Source of the DNA: an uncultured Gaiellaceae bacterium | Lineage (GTDB): Bacteria > Actinomycetota > Thermoleophilia > Gaiellales > Gaiellaceae | Assembly: GCA_963811885.1 (NCBI GenBank) | Contig: CAWETB010000015.1 | Location: forward strand, 550,122-614,121 | Length of the DNA stretch: 64,000 nucleotides | Direction: 5' to 3' | In this document: positions 60,751 through 64,000 of the stretch, one piece after another | How positions within the stretch are numbered: the stretch's first letter is position 1 | Layout: every line of letters starts with the position of its first letter | The notes under the pieces: generated by a model | Database searches by the model: none | What the model saw: only the letters and a program-made list of their open reading frames with translations | What the model was told of the DNA's origin: nothing | Position numbers and translations under genes: made by a program

Positions 60751-61649
60751 GCAGTCGCTTTCGGCCTGTTTCCAGGCACTTTTTGCATCCTGTTGTCTGA
60801 TCTGGATACGCTCATTTGCAGGGAGGAATGGGCGAGGCCGCGCGCGTCCAGAGGATGTCCGAGGTCCCGCGCGGCGACCTCGGCGGCGAGCTCCGACCTC
60901 ACCCGAACCGGTGCATCGGGGTCACCGAAGAGGACGGTTCCGAGCGCGACCGCGCTCGCCCCGGCCGCGATCAGCTCGAGCGCGTCGAGCCCGGATCGGA
61001 CTCCGCCCATGCCGACGATCGGGATCTCGACGGCCGCGGCGCAGGCGTAGACCGCGGCGAGCGCGACGGGCTTCAGCGCCGGTCCCGAGTAGCCGCCGGT
61101 GCCGCGTGCGAGCACGGGGCGCAGCGTCTGCGGGTCGAGTGCGAGTCCCCGTAGCGTGTTCACGAGCGAGAGCCCGTCGGCCCCGGCCGCCTCGACGGCA
61201 CGAGCCGCTTCGGCGATGTCCCAGGCAGCGGGCGACAGCTTCGCGTAGAGCGGCAGCCGGGTCGCCTCGCGGCAGGCGGCGACGATCGCGGCCGCGCTCT
61301 CGGGCGCCTCGTCCACGTTCGGACAGGAGAGGTTGAGCTCGATCGCGGCCACGTCCTCGAGCGCGGCGCAGGTCTCGGCGTACTCGGACGCGGCGAAGCC
61401 GCCGACGGAGACCCAGAGCGGCACGCCGAGACGGCGCAGGCGCGGCAGCGTCTCGGCGAGGAAGCGATCGCGGCCGGGGTTCGCGAGCCCGATCGCGTTC
61501 AGCATCCCGGCGTCGGTCTCCGCGATCCGGACCGGCGCGTTGCCCTCGCGCGGCTCCGGCGTGATCGTCTTCGTCACGAAGGCGTCGAGCGAGCGCGCCA
61601 CCTCCGGCGCGGTCAGCGCGTCGAGGCACCCGGAGGCGTTAAGCAGCAT
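60747..61649 (-). CDS. pyrD: dihydroorotate dehydrogenase catalytic subunit (class 1B-like)
   Basis: LLNASGCLDA, VTKTITPEPREGNAPVRIAE, GMLNAIGLANPG, LNLSCPNV, VNTLRG, GGYSGPALKP, GMGGV. The N-terminus is about 15-20 aa shorter than I expect for the family. Confidence 0.88.
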   Translation of the reverse strand: MLLNASGCLDALTAPEVARSLDAFVTKTITPEPREGNAPVRIAETDAGMLNAIGLANPGRDRFLAETLPRLRRLGVPLWVSVGGFAASEYAETCAALEDVAAIELNLSCPNVDEAPESAAAIVAACREATRLPLYAKLSPAAWDIAEAARAVEAAGADGLSLVNTLRGLALDPQTLRPVLARGTGGYSGPALKPVALAAVYACAAAVEIPIVGMGGVRSGLDALELIAAGASAVALGTVLFGDPDAPVRVRSELAAEVAARDLGHPLDARGLAHSSLQMSVSRSDNRMQKVPGNRPKATA

Positions 61650-62313
61650 CAGGCAGCACCAGCCAGGACGGCCCTTCGACGCAGAGGCGCTTCAGCTCGC
61701 CGTCGATCTCGACGGCGCAGCCGTAGCAGGCGCCGTAGCCGCACGCCATCGGAGCCTCCCAGGCGAGCTGGGCGTCCGGCACGAGCGCCTGCAGCGCCGC
61801 CAGCATCGGCTCGGGGCCGCACGCGAGCACGTCGTGGCGCTCCTCGGGCAGCAGCGCGGTGACGTAGGTCGGCTCGATGCAGACCTCGGCGCCGGGCAGC
61901 AGCACGGCCGCCTCGGCGTGCCGTTCGCTGCGGAAGCCGAGGATCGCGGGCGGCCCATCCAGCGCCTGCGACAGATACGGCAGCGGCGCGATCCCGATCC
62001 CGCCGCCGACGAGCAGCGGTCGCTCGACGTCGAGGTCGAAGCCGTTGCCGAGCGGGCCGAGCACGTACAGCCGCTCGCCGCGCTCCAGCTCGCAGAGCGA
62101 ACGCGTCCCCGGGCCGATCGGATCGATCAGGAACGCCAGCTCGCCCGCGGCCGCAAGGCAGACGCTCATCGGCCGCGGCAGCACCCGACCTGGCGCCTCG
62201 AGCATGAAGAACTGGCCGGGGATGCCCGGATCGAGCTCGCCGCGATCGACGCGGAGCAGCGTGTACGGGCCGACGGGCTCGGCTGCGACGACGCTGCAGC
62301 GCTCGCGCCTCAT
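61639..62313 (-). CDS. pyrK: dihydroorotate dehydrogenase electron transfer subunit
   Basis: GQFFMLEAP, RPMSV, VGGGIGIAPL, 2Fe-2S ligands MACGYGACYGCAV...LCVEGP. ATGA overlap with the carB stop. Confidence 0.9.
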   Translation of the reverse strand: MRRERCSVVAAEPVGPYTLLRVDRGELDPGIPGQFFMLEAPGRVLPRPMSVCLAAAGELAFLIDPIGPGTRSLCELERGERLYVLGPLGNGFDLDVERPLLVGGGIGIAPLPYLSQALDGPPAILGFRSERHAEAAVLLPGAEVCIEPTYVTALLPEERHDVLACGPEPMLAALQALVPDAQLAWEAPMACGYGACYGCAVEIDGELKRLCVEGPSWLVLPDAA

Positions 62314-64000
62314 GCCGCCCGCGTCTCCTGCTCGATCCGCTCCTGCAGCGAGTGCGCGATCTCCTCGCGCGCGTTCGCGATTGCGTCGACGGCAAGCCGG
62401 GCTCCGGACAGGGTCGTGATGCAGGGCACACGCGCGGAGAGCGCCGCCTGCCGGATCAGCGCGCCGTCGCGCCGCGCGCCGGACCCCTGCGGCGTGTTGA
62501 CGACGAGGTCGCAGCGGCCGGCCCTGATCGCGTCGACGACCGCGTCGCCCTTCTCGAGCCTCGTCACCTCGAGTCCGATCGCTTCGAGCACGGCAGCAGT
62601 GCCGGCGGTGGCGAGCAGGTCGAAGCCGAGGTCGGCAAGCGCCTGCGCGACCGCCGGGATCGCCGCCTTGTCGAGCTCGCGGACCGAGAGGAATGCCGTC
62701 CCGCCCGTCGGCAGCGGCCGACCCGCCGCGCGCTCGGCCTTCGCAAAGGCGGTCGGCAGGTCGGCGGCGCTCGCCATCACCTCGCCGGTCGAGCGCATCT
62801 CGGGGCCGAGCACCGGGTCGGAGCCGGGGAAGCGGGCGAACGGCAGCACGGCGGCCTTGACGCTGACAAGTTCCGGGCGCCGCTCCTCCGGCAGCTCGAG
62901 CTCGTGCAGGCGCGCCCCGGCGGCGAGCCTGACCGCGGCGTCGACGAGGTTGAGGCCCGTCGCCTTGCTCGCGAACGGCACCGTCCGCGAGGCGCGTGGG
63001 TTGACCTCGATCACGCTCACCTCGCCGCCGACGAGAGCAAGCTGCACGTTCAGCAAGCCGACGACGCCCAGTGCCGGCCCGAGCCGGCGCACGACCCGGC
63101 AGACCTCGGCGTAGGCGTCGTCGTCGAGCGACGGAGCCGGCAGGACGCAGGAGGAGTCGCCGGAGTGGATCCCGGCCTCCTCGACGTGCTCCATCACGGC
63201 GCCGATGTGGACGGAGACGCCGTCGCAGAGCGCGTCGACGTCGATCTCGAGTGCTCCTTCGAGGAAGCGGTCGACGAGCACGGAGCCGGTCACATCGGCC
63301 ATCGCGGCCCGCACCTGCTCCTCGTCGTAACAGACGCGCATCGCCCTGCCGCCGAGCACGTACGAGGGCCGGACGAGCACCGGGTAGCCGACCCGGTCGG
63401 CGATCTCGACCGCCGCCTGCGGCGCGTCGGCGATCCCCCACTCCGGGCAGCGAACGCCGAGCTCGGCCAGCAGCTGCCCGAAGCGCTCGCGGTCCTCGGC
63501 CAGGTCGACCGCCTCGTACGGGGTCCCGAGCACCTTGAACCCGGCCGCCTCGATCGCCCGCGCGAGCTTGAGCGGCGTCTGGCCCCCGAACTGGATCACG
63601 ACGCCCTCGGGCTGCTCCCGCTCGCAGACCGCGAGCACGTGCTCGACGTCGAGCGGCTCGAAGTAGAGCCGGTCGGACGTGTCGTAGTCGGTCGAGACCG
63701 TCTCCGGGTTGCAGTTGACCATGATCGCCTCGTAGCCGAGCGCGCGGAAGCTCTGCGCTGCGTGGACGCAGCAGTAGTCGAACTCGATCCCCTGGCCGAT
63801 CCGGTTCGGGCCGGAGCCGAGGATGACGACGCGCGGCTTGCCGGTCATCGGCACGGGCTCGTCCGCCTCGCCGCGGGTCGAGTAGAAGTAGTTCGAGTCG
63901 GCGGCGACCTCGCCCGCGCAGGAGTCGACCCGGCGGTAGACGCGCTCGCCCTGCGGCGGCCCGTCCGTGCGCAACTGCTCCAGCTCGCGCTGGAACCAGG
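62310..64000 (-). CDS. carB: carbamoyl-phosphate synthase large subunit (C-terminal part; continues past the right edge)
   Basis: Second ATP-grasp half plus MGS-like domain: VVILGSGPNRIGQGIEFDYCCVHA, VIEVNPRASRTVPF, GEVMASA. The frame stays open to position 64000. Confidence 0.96.
   Translation of the reverse strand, partial: WFQRELEQLRTDGPPQGERVYRRVDSCAGEVAADSNYFYSTRGEADEPVPMTGKPRVVILGSGPNRIGQGIEFDYCCVHAAQSFRALGYEAIMVNCNPETVSTDYDTSDRLYFEPLDVEHVLAVCEREQPEGVVIQFGGQTPLKLARAIEAAGFKVLGTPYEAVDLAEDRERFGQLLAELGVRCPEWGIADAPQAAVEIADRVGYPVLVRPSYVLGGRAMRVCYDEEQVRAAMADVTGSVLVDRFLEGALEIDVDALCDGVSVHIGAVMEHVEEAGIHSGDSSCVLPAPSLDDDAYAEVCRVVRRLGPALGVVGLLNVQLALVGGEVSVIEVNPRASRTVPFASKATGLNLVDAAVRLAAGARLHELELPEERRPELVSVKAAVLPFARFPGSDPVLGPEMRSTGEVMASAADLPTAFAKAERAAGRPLPTGGTAFLSVRELDKAAIPAVAQALADLGFDLLATAGTAAVLEAIGLEVTRLEKGDAVVDAIRAGRCDLVVNTPQGSGARRDGALIRQAALSARVPCITTLSGARLAVDAIANAREEIAHSLQERIEQETRAA

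Noticed and set aside
61639-61700. Possible frameshift explaining the short PyrD N-terminus (MLLNASG...) at the pyrK/pyrD junction
   Set aside because: I translated all three frames upstream of 61649. None yields the expected beta-strand leader (…L.NP), and the pyrK C-terminus with its fourth Cys looks complete. I therefore cannot support an indel here. The short N-terminus is only noted in the pyrD feature.

Overview
High-GC (roughly 70%+) chromosomal window, almost entirely minus-strand housekeeping genes. They follow the long-range order conserved in Gram-positive bacteria. Right to left: carB-pyrK-pyrD | mihF-gmk-rpoZ-coaBC | moxR-DUF58-transglutaminase-nucleotidyltransferase-TPR | dtd-kinase-EamA | rimP-nusA-ylxR-infB | DUF503-rbfA-nrnA-truB-ribF | ABC-2 exporter | rpsO-pnp | M16 peptidase-dapB-dapA-rnj | rbsK-nucleoside hydrolase | ftsK | BMP/nucleoside ABC importer | rodZ-cinA-thpR-recA-recX-rny-miaB-epimerase-miaA | EPS-type sugar transferase. 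mihF together with RNase Y, RNase J, RodZ and the GC content suggests a deep-branching actinobacterium (Thermoleophilia/Rubrobacteria-like); this is inference only. I saw no rRNA, tRNA, CRISPR array, transposase or integrase.

Two things stand out.

(1) About 30 single-base indels split otherwise clear genes, including rny, ftsK, infB, nusA, rpsO, dapA, cinA and the ABC permeases. They are strongly clustered in two accessory islets (21.2-25.1 kb and 31.7-33.4 kb). Many long ORFs in the supplied track are therefore chimeras or fragments.

(2) The accessory islets hold the unusual content:
- an orphan Hcp (T6SS tube)-like gene paired with an NPPY methyltransferase;
- a Tat-subunit/GMC flavoprotein dehydrogenase operon with no cytochrome c gene, but with a coupled small Cys-containing ORF and a divergent cupredoxin;
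- a CHASE3-GGDEF cyclase inserted antisense into the nusA-infB-rbfA operon;
- an orphan PilB/GspE ATPase with tandem MshEN-type c-di-GMP-binding-like motifs;
- a NusA with a Cys/His cluster in its C-terminal extension.

All identifications come from reading translated motifs; no database search was run.
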